A DNA stretch of 64,000 bases, taken from the NCBI GenBank assembly GCA_950097015.1, contig CATNEN010000029.1, forward strand, positions 6,014,001 to 6,078,000. The letters are read 5' to 3'. A model generated the notes under the pieces. That model saw only the letters and a program-made list of their open reading frames with translations. It made no database searches and had not been told where the DNA came from. The stretch comes from Macrostomum hystrix. Taxonomy: Eukaryota; Animalia; Platyhelminthes. Shown here piece by piece: positions 12,770 to 25,979 of this stretch; the stretch's first letter is position 1; every line of letters starts with the position of its first letter. The position numbers and the translations under genes were made by a program.

Positions 12770-12977
12770 TGTACTTTAAGAAGCCAACGTACTTTAAGAA
12801 GCCATTGAAATTTAGGAAGATTATGAACTTTAGGAAGCCAATGTACTTTAGGAAGCTAATGTACTTTAGGAAGCTAATTAAATTTTAGGAAGCTAATGTA
12901 CATTAGGAAGCTAATGTACTTTAGGAAGCTAATGTACTTTAGGAAGCTAATGCACCTTATACGGTTAATGTACTTTA
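12770..12977. repeat. 18-bp tandem array (AATGTACTTTAGGAAGCT)
   Basis: Direct tandem copies just 3-prime of the stop codon of the minus-strand gene. Confidence 0.85.
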
Positions 12978-13000
12978 AAAAATATTACGATGAGTAGCAC

Positions 13001-16000
13001 TCACTGATGATCAACTGCGTCTCTAGTTGTAAAGTCTAAATTGAGTCTGGGCACACCGCTAGCTCGCGAGGCCGACCTGCTCCTAGGCGAAGGTGCCACG
13101 GGTCCGGCCACGCCGGTGGCCGCTGTTGAGGTGCTACGAAACGAGTCCAGTGCCTCCAGGCCCTGCAGGATGGCTGCTCGCTGTTGCTCAGTTCGACTGT
13201 CACCGACTCCGGCTGGACCGCCGCGTCGCTGCAGCACAGCCTGGGCCCGCAGACGGTCCAGAAGCTTCGGTCGACTAAGCGACTGTGGCTGCTCCAGCGG
13301 CTGTTGCGACTGCTGCGGCAGAGTCGGCGGAGGCGGTGGAGGCGCATGGCTCGCTGGTAGACGCTCAGGAGCTTCATCGTTCTCCGCTGCCCCCGTGACC
13401 GGTGAACTCGAAGTCCTGTCAACAGCTGAGGGCATCGATCTACGCGTTAGTCCAACTGACGGCACCCTGGCCAGGAAGTCGCTCACCCGCTGCGACATTC
13501 GCTGATCCTCCAGACAGCGGCGCGGCACCATATGGCGTGACGCAGACGTCGCCGACTGCTGGCGCGGAGTGCACACGAGGACGAACTCGTCGCTGGACTG
13601 GCGATCTGGCGACCGCTTGTTGACGACACTGCCACCGTTGACGCCATTCAGGGCTCCGGTCGAGCGCGCCTCCAGCCAGTCGTCCGGCAACTCACGTGGA
13701 CCGACGTCGACTGCCGCGGCGGCTGCCGCTGTCGCCGCCGCCGTCTCGGCCGCGGCTTTCTTCTGCCGCTGTCGCTGCTCGGCCACCTCTTCTCGCAGGC
13801 GGGCCATCTCCGCCTCCATCTGCCGGAGCCGCAGACGCACCGCTTCGCCTTCCTCCTCGGCCCGACGATCGACTGGCCGCTCGGCCGTCACGCTGTTCCT
13901 GATGCTGTCAGCGGCTTCGCTAAGCCGTCTGGCCAGCTCGGCGTTCTCCAGCTTCAAGTCGCCCAGCTGGGATTCCAGGTCGCCGAGCCGGCCTTCCAGA
14001 CCCTGGATGTCCTGGCCGTCCAGCTCAACCTTGGCCCGCAGCTGATAGTTCTCACGTCGGGTGGCGTCTAAGATTTCGCGCTCCTCCTCGATGACCTGGA
14101 TCAGCTGATTTGTCTGCGAGGTGAGCGCAACGGGGGAATGGATTCAAAGTGTGCTCAAAGCTGCTCACATACGAGGTCAAGTTTTCAGTCATGCTTGATT
14201 TATTACCAAATGCACTTTAACAGACATGGTAATTAAACTAACTTTTGAAATTTGCCCAACCCCTGCTCACCCTCGAGTCGCCTTTCTGAATGGCCCTGCT
14301 CAATTCGTTCTTCATCTCCAGATTCTGGCGCCTCAACTGCTCAAGCTGCTCCGAGAGGCTGCGAACCTCGGACTGTCGTTCCACCACCTGAGAGGCAATT
14401 TTTTATCGAGAAGAAAATAATTTTTTTTTTTGTTAATTTGAGGTTGCCAAGTAGACGGTGGTGCGGACAGTATGCGAAAATTAATTAAACTGAATTAACT
14501 AAAATGGTTTTGAAAATATAAATATGTGCTTTAGCATGCAAAAAACTTAATCAACTGCTTTAGCGACAATAGATAATTAGTATAAATAATTCAATATTGG
14601 TCATTCAGGACGAATATCTGGTGGTCATTCAGGATGAATATCTGGTGGTCATTCAGGATCCGGTGGTCATTCAGGATCTGGTGGTCATTCAGGATCTGGT
14701 GGTCAGTCAGGATGAATATCTGGTGATTATTCAGGATGAATATCTGGTGGTCATTCAGGATCTGGTGGTCATTCAGGATCTGGTGGTCATTCAGGATGAA
14801 TATCTGGTGATTATTCAGGATGAATATCTGGTGGTCATTCAGGATCTGGTGGTCAGTCAGGATCTGGTGGTCATTCAGGATCTGGTGGTCATTCAGGATC
14901 TGGTGGTCAGTCAGGATCTGGTGGTCAGTCAGGATCTGGTGGTCATTCAGGATCTGGTGGTCAGTCAGGATGAATATCTGGTGATTATTCAGGATGAATG
15001 TCTGATGTTCATAGCATCGAACACAAAATCTACCAAGTTCTCATACTCCCTTCCTGAGAGCTAACTAAACGAAAAAATTATTGATGAATGTTAGTTTTGC
15101 AATCAGCAAGCCAAGCTGTTTGAGCAAGGAGCTGGGTGTTGTCGGTGTACTCAGGGGTGGACCAGGCAGCAAAGTCAAGCAGGCATTTTTGGTTGAAGAA
15201 ACTGGAGACTCAAGTGCCAAGCACGCTCCCAAGCAGAGCCGTGGCGCCCTCCTCAGCCTAATGGAATAGTTAAGCAAGCACCTGAAGTGCTGCCTGAGCA
15301 CCTGGGCGAGCGAGTTTTGATGCCGGCTTTTGCTTTCTCAGGGTGCCATTTTACTCCGAGAAAAACACCAGGTAGAAAATATGCTTATTCTAATATACAC
15401 GGTGCTCTAAAGTCAGTATTTCAGTCATTGAGGATTTCAGTCATTGAGGATTTCAGTCATTGAGGGTTTCAGTCATTGAGGATTTCAGTCATTGAGGATT
15501 TCAGTCATTGAGGATTTCAGTCATTGAGGATTTCAGTCATTGAGGATATCAGTCATTGAGGATTTCAGTCAGATTTCAGTCATTGTGGATTTCGGTCGTT
15601 GAGAATTTCAGTCATTGAGAATTTCAGTCATTGAGGATTTCAGTCATTGAGGATTTCAGTCATTGAGGATTTCAGTCATTGAGGATTTCAGTCATTGAGG
15701 GTTTCAGTCATTGAGGATTTCAGTCATTGAGGATTTCAGTCATTGAGGATTTCAGTCATTGAGGATTTCAGTCATTGAGGATTTCAGTCATTGAGGATTT
15801 CAGTCATTGAGGATTTCAGTCATTGAGGATTTCAGTCATTGAGGATTTCAGTCATTGAGGATTTCAGTCATTGAGGATTTCAGTCATTGAGGATTTCAGT
15901 CATTCGTTATGTTTGTCATGTGGATTTTTATCATTCGCGAGTTCATTAACAGCCAGGGGTAATTTTGGATTTGATTAAAATATGTTTGTGTAACTGTCCA

Positions 16001-18787
16001 TTAAATCAGCAAGAGGATCTACTTGATTGCAATATTTAGTATAACAAGAAAACCAGGAGATCTATATCGAAACGCATTATAATTTGAGTAGAAAAAAAGC
16101 TAAAAGTTCTAGCTGCATTCTTGCTATACCGTCCAGTCGGATAAATGCTTGTTTACATTCTGAAAATAAATAAAGTGAAGGTTTGTCGACACGCAAGTGA
16201 AAAAAAAGAAAATTTTGCCTTTATGACTCAAACAAACAATCAATGCGCAAGTAGTATAGGTCATCAAATTACTAAGCAAGAGAGAGGGATAGTAAGAGAG
16301 AGGGATAGTAAGAGAGAGGGATAGTAAGAGAGAGGGATAGTAAGAGAGAGGGATAGTAAGAGAGAGGTATAGAAAGAGAGAGGGGTAGAAAGAGAGGGGG
16401 GTAGAAAGAGAGAGGGGTAGAAAGAGAGAGGGGTAGAAAGAGAGAGGGATAGAAAGCGAGAGGGATAGAAAGAGATACGTGTAGAAAGAGAGAGGGGTAG
16501 AAAGAGCGAGGGATAGAAAGAGAGAGGGATAGAAAGAGCCAGGGATAGAAAGAGAGAGGGATAGTAAGAGAGAGGGATAGTAAGAGAGAGGGATAGTAAG
16601 AGAGAGGTATAGAAAGAGAGAGGGGTAGAAAGAGAGAGGGGTAGAAAGAGAGGGGGGTAGAAAGAGAGAGGGGTAGAAAGAGAGAGGGGTAGAAAGAGAG
16701 AGGGGGTAGAAAGAGAGAGGGTAGAAAGAGAGAGGGGTAGAAAGAGAGGGGGGTAGAAAGAGAGAGGGGTAGAAAGAGAGAGGGATAGAAAGCGAGAGGG
16801 ATAGAAAGAGAGAGGGGGGTAGAAAGAGAGAGGGATAGAAAGCGAGAGGGATAGAAAGAGAGAGGGGGGTAGAAAGCGAGAGGGATAGAAAGAGAGAGGG
16901 ATAGAAAGAGCCAGGGATAGAAAGAGAGAGGGATAGAAAGAGCCAGGGATAGAAAGAGAGGGGGGTAGAAAGAGAGAGGGTAGAAAGAGAGAGGGGTAGA
17001 AAGAGAGAGGGGTAGAAAGAGAGAGGGGTAGAAAGAGAGAGGGGTAGAAAGAGATACGTGTAGAAAGAGAGAGGGAGAGAAAAAGGCAGAAGGAGAGACG
17101 CAGAGGTGACAGCTTTGCTGTTGCTGCAGAAGACGACAGACGCTATGTACACAGCATGACAAACTGTAGGCGTCTTCTGTTGAAATTTTCTTCAGTCTGG
17201 CGCCAAGTACTGTGGGGAGAGTGCTAGCAGTTCAATAAGTCAAATTTAGGCTATTTATTTGTCGCTTGCCTTGTTCTTACATACTCCTTGCTCACACACT
17301 GCGAGACTGTGAGGCTACAAAAAGGAAGTTTATTTTCGTGCTGGAAGAACTGTTCTACTATGGAACCCTCTTATCGTCATTCACTCCAATCTCGCCTTTC
17401 ACTCTCTTCTCGTCTTTCACTCTCTTCTTGGCTGTCAATCTCTTCTCGTCATTCACTCCAATCTCGCCTTTCACTCTCTTCTCGTCTTTCACTCTCTTCT
17501 TGGCTGGCTGTCAATCTCTTCTCGTCATTCACTCCAATCTCGCCTTTCACTCTCTTCTCGTCTTTCACTCTCTTCTTGGCTGTCAATCTCTTCTCGTCAT
17601 TCACTCCAATCTCGCCTTTCACTCTCTTCTCGTCTTTCACTCTCTTCTTGGCTGGCTGTCAATCTCTTCTCGTCATTCACTCCAATCTCGCCTTTCACTC
17701 TCTTCTCGTCTTTCACTCTCTTCTTGGCTGTCAATCTCTTCTCGTCATTCACTCCAATCTCGCCTTTCACTCTCTTCTCGTCTTTCACTCTAATCTCGCC
17801 TTTCACTCTCTTCTCGCCTTTCACTCTCTTCTCGTCTTTCACTCTCTTCTTGGCTGGCTGTCAATCTCTTCTCGTCATTCACTCCAATCTCGCCTTTCAC
17901 TCTCTTCTCGTCTTTCACTCTCTTCTTGGCTGGCTGTCAATCTCTTCTCGTCATTCACTCCAATCTCGCCTTTCACTCTCTTCTCGTCTTTCACTCTAAT
18001 CTCGCCTTTCACTCTCTTCTCGTCTTTCACTCTCTTCTCGTCTTTCACTCTCTTCTTGGCTGTCAATCTCTTCTCGTCATTCACTCCAATCTCGCCTTTC
18101 ACTCTCTTCTCGTCTTTCACTCTCTTCTTGGCTGGCTGTCAATCTCTTCTCGTCATTCACTCCAATCTCGCCTTTCACTCTCTTCTCGTCTTTCACTCTC
18201 TTCTTGGCTGTCAATCTCTTCTCGTCATTCACTCCAATCTCGCCTTTCACTCTCTTCTCGTCTTTCACTCTCTTCTTGGCTGGCTGTCAATCTCTTCTCG
18301 TCATTCACTCCAATCTCGCCTTTCACTCTCTTCTCGTCTTTCACTCTCTTCTTGGCTGTCAATCTCTTCTCGTCATTCACTCCAATCTCGCCTTTCACTC
18401 TCTTCTCGTCTTTCACTCTAATCTCGCCTTTCACTCTCTTCTCGTCTTTCATTCTCTTCTCGCCTTTCACTCTCTTCTCGTCTTTCATTCTCTTCTCGCC
18501 TGTCACTCTCTTGTCTTCTCGCTGGTCACTCCCTACCCATTTGTTAGTTATATTAGTTAAACAGCAAGAGTAAAAAATGGTGCTCAGAATCAGCAGTCCC
18601 AGCCTCGCCAACTGCCACAAAGCAAGGCCCAAAGTTATTAAGGCTAATAGCGCTTGAGTGAGGCTGGGCTGTGTTAACTAAAGCCAAGGATCAATATGGC
18701 AGCGGACAGTTAGGCCTGCAGTCCGATGCAATAGTGCACGGGCCCGCACCCTCCGTCCACGGCAACCAGCCCACCTACAGTCATAAA

Positions 18788-18851
<64 letters not shown>

Positions 18852-20095
18852 CCACTAGCCAGAAAAGAATCGCCACAATAAGCTAACTCTCCGCCGCTCT
18901 CACACGCCCCAAATGCATTCCGCTCATTGGCCTGGTATGATTCTCAGCTTGGAAGAAGAAGACTTTGTGTTGGTGAGAAGGATGCTGGAGAGAAGAGAAA
19001 GCAAAAGGTTTTCATAGAATTTGGAAGGAGAAGGGAGGTTGTGAGCTGAGGATCTGGTGTCAGGCGGATTGTAATGAGCTTCAGGCAAAAAAATTCTGCT
19101 TCTTAATTATAGCCCACTGACACAACTGGTCCGGTATTCACAGTTTTCAGTTCAAAAGCTTCTCCATTAGCTTTCATCTCTATAATTCTGCTACTCATTC
19201 TACTCCACTCACTCAAAGCTGAAAGTTTCTAAAACTCTAACACCAAGGACCCGCAATTTTGCACCTGTGAAGATGACGAATTGTGAGGATTACGATTTCG
19301 CAAATTTACGCAATCTGATGGACAGCCACCTAGGCTCAGTAAATGTGCAAATTCAATAGTTATGTTAAAATTTGCAAGAGAGCTGGGGCACTGGGGCACG
19401 TCATTTGGTGACAATTGGTCTGCAGCCAACGAGAAAAGATTCAACCCATTCTGCTGACTCCTGAGCACACACACAGAGGTTACTGTACACAGGCACACGC
19501 TCACACAGGTGTGTACATCTGACCTGACTTTCTCATCGTCAGGCAGTGTACACTCTCACTGTGCCTTGGAGGTTGGCCCTCAAGAGCGTAAATTGCACGA
19601 CAAGCCCCCAAGCCTTCTCTCCACGGCTGCGCCCCAAAGGAATGGGGCCTCGCCGCGGAATCGAGCTCAGGGACCTTGGTGCGTGTGGTCAAGTTGAACA
19701 GTAGCCAACTCACCGCTGTGGCAAGCTGCTGGCACTGCTTCCGCAGTTTCTCCTCGGCCTCCTGCTGCTGCCGCAGCTCCCGCTCCCGCTGTACTCGCCG
19801 CTGTCGTTCGTCATCCAACTGGAAGGCCCACCGCGAGCGAACCGCCTCATCTGACGTCGGATCGGTTCCGTCCTCCCAGGTGACTGACTTGCTGCTCCCT
19901 CCCGCGTGCGAGGACGATCCGGCGGTGGCGGCAAAGAGCAGCGGCCGCTGGCACCGCACAGGCGGCAGGAAGCGGTGCCTCCTGTGGCAGTGCTCGCACA
20001 ATTCGCCGACTTCGCCACCGCTGCCGCCGAAATTGTTTACTTCGTCTGCCTGACGCGGCGAACGTGGAGAAAAAGACGAAGCGGACATTCTCGCG

Positions 20096-20133
<38 letters not shown>

Positions 20134-22758
20134 AGCTCGAGGGGACTCAGCGGCAATCGACGAGCCGATGGATCTAGCGCTACGCGGTTGATCGATGGGC
20201 ACCTCCGAGTCAGCGTCAGAAGCAGCCGCTGAGCGCTCGTGTTCGGATGAAAACTGCAGGTTTTGGAAGTCCGACAGGTAGGGGGGTGATTTGATTGACT
20301 GACCAATCAGAGAGCGAGAGAGATGGGGAGAGCCCTGCCCCTGGTGGAAGAAGACTATCAGGCGTAGCTTGGGACATTAACTCAGCATTGAGTTAACCGG
20401 GCATTGTAAGTGGCTTTTTAAACTAAAGTTTCCAATTAAAAATGATTGATGGCCATTTCTTGCTGGAAACGATGGCTGGCTAGCCCTAGTCTCTGAAGAA
20501 TTCAAATAACTCTGAGCAACGATTCAATAAATACAATTTATTGGCCACAGAGCAGTGATACTTAAGCATGAAATGTGAGTTGTTTTTCTCACCGGCAAAG
20601 AAAATTCTTCTTCGAACTGCGTCGACGAATTCTTGAACTCCTTCTCCTCCAAAGCGAGTTCCTCTTCTCCCGCCGTCTCATCCTCTTCGCCTTCTTCATC
20701 ATCATTGTCCGCAGCTTCGTCCGTCTGCTGCTCCTGCCACAGCTGCTCTCCCTCGTGCTGCTCAACCTTGCTATCTCTACTCTCAGGCTCCACTACTGAT
20801 TCCTTGTCAATCTCATTTTCTTCTTCTTGAGCCTCTTCCGCATGTTTTTCCTGCTCGAGACTCTCTTTCAGCTCCTTTTCCTTCTTATCCAGTTCCTTCT
20901 CCTGCTGCTCCCTGAGCTGCTGCTCCTTCTCCTGCTGCTCCCTGAGCTGCTGCTCCTTCTCCTGCTGCTCCCTGAGCTGCTGCTCCTTCTCCTGCTGCTC
21001 CCTGAGCTTCTGCTCCTTCTCCTGCTGCTCCCTGAGCTGCTGCTCCTTCTCCTGCTGCTCCCTGAGCTGCTGCTCCTTCTCCTGCTGCTCCCTGAGCTTC
21101 TGCTCCTTCTCCTGCTGTTCCCTGAGCTTCTGCTCCTTCTCCTGCTGTTCCCTGAGCTGCTGCTCCTTCTCCTGCTGCTCCCTGAGCTTCTGCTCCTTCT
21201 CCTGCTGCTCCCTGAGCTTCTGCTCCTTCTCCTGCTGTTCCCTGAGCTTCTGCTCCCACAATCGCTGCTCTTTCAACCGTTGTTCGTGCAATTGTTGCTC
21301 CCTTTGCTGCTGCTCCCGCTCCTGCTGCTCCCTGAGCTGCTGCTCCTTCCGCTTCTGCTCGTGAAGCTGCTGCTCCCAGAGCTGCTGCTCCCTCAACCTC
21401 TGCTCCTGCAGCTGCTGCTCCCTCTGCTGCTGCTCCCGCTGCTGCTGCTCTCTCAGCTGCTGTTCCTTCTGCAGGCGCTCTTTCAGGTCTAACTCTATCA
21501 GTTGCTGCTCTTTTAGCTGCTGCTCTCTAAGCTGCTTCTCCCTCATCAGCTGCTCCAAGAGCTCCTGCTCTCTCAGCTGCTGCTCACGCAGCTGCTTCTC
21601 CCGGAGCTGGCTGTCCTTCATCTGCTGCTCCCTCAGCTGCCGGTCCCGCAGCTCATCCTCGCGCTGCTTCTGCTCCCTTAGAATCTCGTCTCGCAGCCTC
21701 TGCTCGTTCTCCTGCTGCTCCCTGATCATCTTCTCGCGCAGCTTGCGCTCCTGCTCGATCTCCGCCAGCAGCTCCTGCTCCTTCCTGCGCTGCTCATTCA
21801 GCCGCTCCTGCATCAGCCGCTCATCTCTCTCCTGCTGCTCTCTCTGCTGCTTCTCGATCTGTTGCTGCGTCTTCAGCTTCTGCTCATTCAGCAGCCTCTG
21901 CCGTAGCTCCTTCTCCTTCTCTTCCTGCTCTCTCGTCAGCTGCTCTCTCAGCTGTCTCTCGCGCTCAATTTGCAGCCTCAGTTCCAGCTTCTTCTGCTCC
22001 TGCTCCTTCTGCTCCTGCTCCCTCTGTCGTTGCTCTCTGAGCCGCTGCTCCCTGAGCTGTTCTTCTCTCCGCTCCTCTTCCTCCTTCAGCTTCTTCTCCC
22101 GAAGGATCTGTTCCTGCAGCTCCTTCTCCTTGAGCTCTCGCTCCCTCTGCAGCTTCTCTCTGAGCTGACGCTCGCGCTCCACCTCTTCCATGAGCTCGCG
22201 CTCCTTTCGCTGCCGCTCCTGACGCTCCTTCTCCTGCTGCTCCAACCGTTTCCGCTCCTCAGCGGCGGCCACCTCTCGCTGTCTCTGCAGCAGCTGCTCC
22301 CGTGCCAAAATGCCGCCTGGTTCAGTCTCCAGCCAGCGATCCTCCCACAGGTGGTGCTGCTGAATGTCCCAATCGCTTGGCTGCTGCTGGCACAGGTATT
22401 GCGATGGGGTGCCGCGATGTGCCAGACTGAGCTTCGGTGCGGCCACATGATCCTGCTGTTGTTGCACCAGCAGCTGCTTCTGCTGCCGTTTCAGCTGTAT
22501 CTGCTGCAGCTTCTGCAGGTGATGCTGCAGCTTTTCACCGCTGTCGCCGTCGTCGGTGGTTGAAACAACAGCTGTGGACTCGACGGCTTTTGTGACTGCC
22601 GGACCTGCCGCGGCTGACGAAGTGCCGGAGGCTGCAGCCGCCACGGCGCGCCGCCTCCTACGCAGAAGTTCGTCCGGATCTGGCAGCGGCTTCGGCGGCG
22701 CCGCCTGCTGACGAACAGAAAACACGTCCGACAGGTCGATGGGATCCTGAGCCGTCAT
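13001..22758 (-). CDS. Very large Q/E/R-rich helical or coiled-coil protein of unknown family (more than 1300 aa)
   Basis: Phase-0 exons 22758-20593 (MTAQDPID...EEEFSLP), 20253-19714 (FSSEHER...QQLATA), 14387-14271 (VVERQSEV...KGDSR) and 14113-13001 ([11 protein letters not shown]...VDHQ stop), each bounded by AG/GT. Internal exons between 19714 and 14387 are unresolved (candidates near 18770-18860, 17150-17208, 16135-16164). Joining both halves into one gene is inference. Confidence 0.65.
14596..15001. repeat. 18/27-bp tandem array (GGTCATTCAGGATCTGGT, some units with GAATATCT)
   Basis: Direct tandem copies; explains ORF 14597..15064. Confidence 0.9.
15418..15905. repeat. 16-bp tandem array (CAGTCATTGAGGATTT)
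   Basis: Highly homogeneous tandem copies. Confidence 0.95.
16277..17075. repeat. About 18-bp purine-rich array (GAGAGGGATAGAAAGAGA)
   Basis: Direct tandem copies; explains ORFs 16124-17162. Confidence 0.9.
17375..18515. repeat. 70/74-bp pyrimidine-rich compound array
   Basis: Unit TGTCAATCTCTTCTCGTCATTCACTCCAATCTCGCCTTTCACTCTCTTCTCGTCTTTCACTCTCTTCTTGGC(TGGC) with internal 18-bp subrepeats. Confidence 0.9.
18789..18850. repeat. (GCT)n microsatellite, about 20 copies
   Basis: Pure trinucleotide run. Confidence 0.95.
19385..19683 (-). mobile_element. SINE-B copy, 5-prime truncated, next to a splice donor
   Basis: Reverse complement matches the 47673 copy from GCACCAAGGTCCC to the 3-prime end. 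Confidence 0.85.
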
Positions 22759-23415
22759 ATTTTGTGGGCTGTTTTCCCAGCTCTTTACACCCTCTCTAAC
22801 TAAATACTGTTGAAAAATATTCGGCGAGAAGGACCGGTGTCTTGTGTCCCTTCTTATTCTGCCTACTAACTTATAAAAGCTGAACGTGCTAAAGCGGTGC
22901 TGCACTGGCCGCACACACAAGACAAGTGCCCCGGTGCGCCCTGTGTGTTTGTGCTTTTTGCTACGAGTGTTCGAGTGGCGAAGTTTCTGTGCCTTTTTTC
23001 ATTTATTCTTTAACATTTTCTCTCGCCCTGCTGTCTGCTGTTTGCCTCACATTCCCTACTCTGTTTCTCTGTCTCTCCGTTTCATGAATTAGCAGTTTAG
23101 CTGCCGATGTGCATAATAACTTTGCTTCCATTCAAATCGAGGAGACAGAGAGAGAAAAAAAATAAAGAAACTGAGAGACAAGACAGCACAACAAAATGGA
23201 GAGTGTGGCGAGTTCATCGATGCTTAGTATGAAACATAGTTTTGCTAATTGCAGTTTAAAACTCTGGCAGTTCACTTGCCAAATAGCAGTGTATGTACAT
23301 AGAAAACTAACACCAGTTTTACATAATTTACCTTCACAGACCACTTTTGCAATGTGCACTACTTAGATTAGTAGTACGATTGTATTTCGAATTGTGTTTT
23401 TAATTGATGAGAAAT

Positions 23416-24100
23416 TTAGTCGGGAGAAGGGGTTGGCAATCCACAGATTGGATCGGGAGGAGGGGTTAACAATCCACAGATTGGATCAGGAGGAGGGGTT
23501 GGCAATCCACAGATTGGATCAGGAGAAGGGGTTAACAATCCACAGATTGGATCAGGAGGAGGGGTTGGCAATCCACAGATTGGATCAGGAGAAGGGGTTA
23601 ACAATCCACAGATTGGATCAGGAGGAGGGGTTGGCAATCCACAGATTGGATCAGGAGGAGGGGTTGGCAATCCACAGATTGGATCGGGAGGAGGGGTTGG
23701 CAATCCACAGATTGGATCAGGAGGAGGGGTTGACAATCCACAGATTGGATCGGGGAGAGGGGTTGGCAATCCACAGATTGGATCGGGAGGAGGGGTTGGC
23801 AATCCACAGATTGGATCGGGAGGGGTTGGCAATCCACAGATTAGATCAGGAGGAGGGGTTGACAATCCACAGATTGGATCAGGAGGAGGGGTTGACAATC
23901 CACAGATTGGATCAGGAGGAGGGGTTGGCAATCCACAGATTGGATCAGGAGGAGGGGTTGACAATCCACAGATTGGATCGGGAGGGGTTGGCAATCCACA
24001 GATTGGATCGGGAGGGGTTGGCAATCCACAGATTGGATCGGGAGGGGTTGACAATCCACAGATTGGATCGGGAGGGGTTGACAATCCACAGATTGGATCT
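23416..24100. repeat. 33/30-bp tandem array (GGAGGAGGGGTTGGCAATCCACAGATTGGATCA)
   Basis: Direct tandem copies; explains ORFs 23394-24127. Confidence 0.95.
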
Positions 24101-24711
24101 GATACTAAAATAGCAAAGGATGACCACGGAAAATTACAATTAGGATTATCGATTCTTGTCTCGCGCCAGCTATGAATAGGGGGCAGTCAAAGATGGTCTT
24201 AACCCAGCTGTTACTTAACGCGGCCCTATCTGACACAAAATGGATCCCCCCGACCGTCCATTTTCTTGCCTACAGAGAGAAAATCTGAGGCCGCACACAG
24301 GAAGTGTAGAGGAATAAGAGGCCGCTCTCCTTGTCGCTACTCATTATAATCTCTTCATTCCCACTCATCCGGCTCGAATAGTGTGGAACGGATCTTCACC
24401 CCAGAATTATCCCCATCATCATTGTCCGGTTGCTGGCCTCTTCTACTCTCCTGCCTCCGCCTTATCTAGTGTGATGCAGTTGACGCATTAAGGAGATAAT
24501 GCCTGCTAGATGTAGGTAGATAATGAAAGGGCCGAGAAACACCTGGACTTCCTTCCATTCCAAGTTTGATTTCTCTTAAGTTCTAAATTAGACTTCTAAA
24601 TAAAGTACATGGTAGTGCACTTTTATAATCAGAATAATTTTTACGTTCAATGATTAAGTCTAAAAGTATAACTGGTCATTTCCGCGAAGCCATTTAAACT
24701 ATCTACAACAC

Positions 24712-25440
24712 AGGTCATAGAGACTGGTCCCTGCCCCAGGTCGTAGAGACTGCACCCTGCCCCAGGTCATAGAGACTGGTCCCTGCCCCAGGTCATAGAG
24801 ACTGGTCCCTACTCCAGGTCATAGAGTCTGGTCCCTACTCCAGGTCATAGAGTCTGGTCCCTACTCCAGGTCATAGAGTCTGGTCCCTACTCCAGGTCAT
24901 AGAGTCTGGTCCCTACTCCAGGTCATAGAGTCTGGTCCCTACTCCAGGTCATAGAGTCTGGTCCCTACTCCAGGTCATAGAGTCTGGTCCCTACTCCAGG
25001 TCATAGAGTCTGGTCCCTACTCCAGGTCATAGAGTCTGGTCCCTACTCCAGGTCATAGAGTCTGGTCCCTACTCCAGGTCATAGAGTCTGGTCCCTACTC
25101 CAGGTCATAGAGTCTGGTCCCTACTCCAGGTCATAGAGTCTGGTCCCTGCCCCAGGTCATAGAGTCTGGTCCCTACTCCAGGTCATAGAGTCTGGTCCCT
25201 ACTCCAGGTCATAGAGTCTGGTCCCTACTCCAGGTCATAGAGTCTGGTCCCTACTCCAGGTCATAGAGTCTGGTCCCTGCCCCAGGTCATAGAGTCTGGT
25301 CCCTGCCCCAGGTCATAGAGACTGGTCCCTACTCCAGGTCATAGAGTCTGGTCCCTACTCCAGGTCATAGAGTCTGGTCCCTACTCCAGGTCATAGAGTC
25401 TCGACCCTGCCCCAGGTCATTGAGAATGGTTCAGGTCATA
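24712..25440. repeat. 26-bp tandem array (CAGGTCATAGAGTCTGGTCCCTACTC)
   Basis: Direct tandem copies. Confidence 0.95.
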
Positions 25441-25979
25441 GAGAATAGAGAATGGTCATATAGACGCTGTCCACCAATGTAAGTTAAACTTTTCCTGTAC
25501 TGAAAGAATCAAATAAGTTTTTGAGTCTTCAAGGTTGCGCCACTTTCCTGTTTCCTGTTTACAAGCTCATAAAAAATATGGCTTGGAATCTAGATTAAAT
25601 CCTAGCTTCTCACTCCATGCTGCTCTGTACTCTCCACCGGCTCATGCCGCACTCACTAGGCAAATTTTTCTTCCTCATCTCCACACTGTAGTTTTTTTGA
25701 GTTCATCCCGAGAGACCGCGCCAACATCTCTACTGCGGGAGCAGACAGTGAAATCGATTTTTTAAGTAAAATTGCCAATTTTCCTAAACGAATGAACTGT
25801 AGTGAGATGTCCCCGCCAATCCTAATTTCACTAGTCTAGAATTTTTCCCCATGAAGAGAAACTCGGCAATTAAGCAGAAATATCTTAGGAGCTGTTGATT
25901 GCTGAAATAGGTAGCTTATATCTACCGATTAATTCAGACATTTTCTACGAACTTATTAACTAATTAACTCAATTTGAGT

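Noticed and set aside
15062-15350. GC-richer island inside the large minus-strand gene as an exon
   Set aside because: No frame with compatible splice sites and phase could be established.
20575-22563. Plus-strand poly-Leu, Ser and Cys ORFs
   Set aside because: Antisense shadows of the CAG/GAG-rich minus-strand exon; the same applies to shadow ORFs over 13001-14045, 28413-28997, 33708-34020 and 42013-43553.
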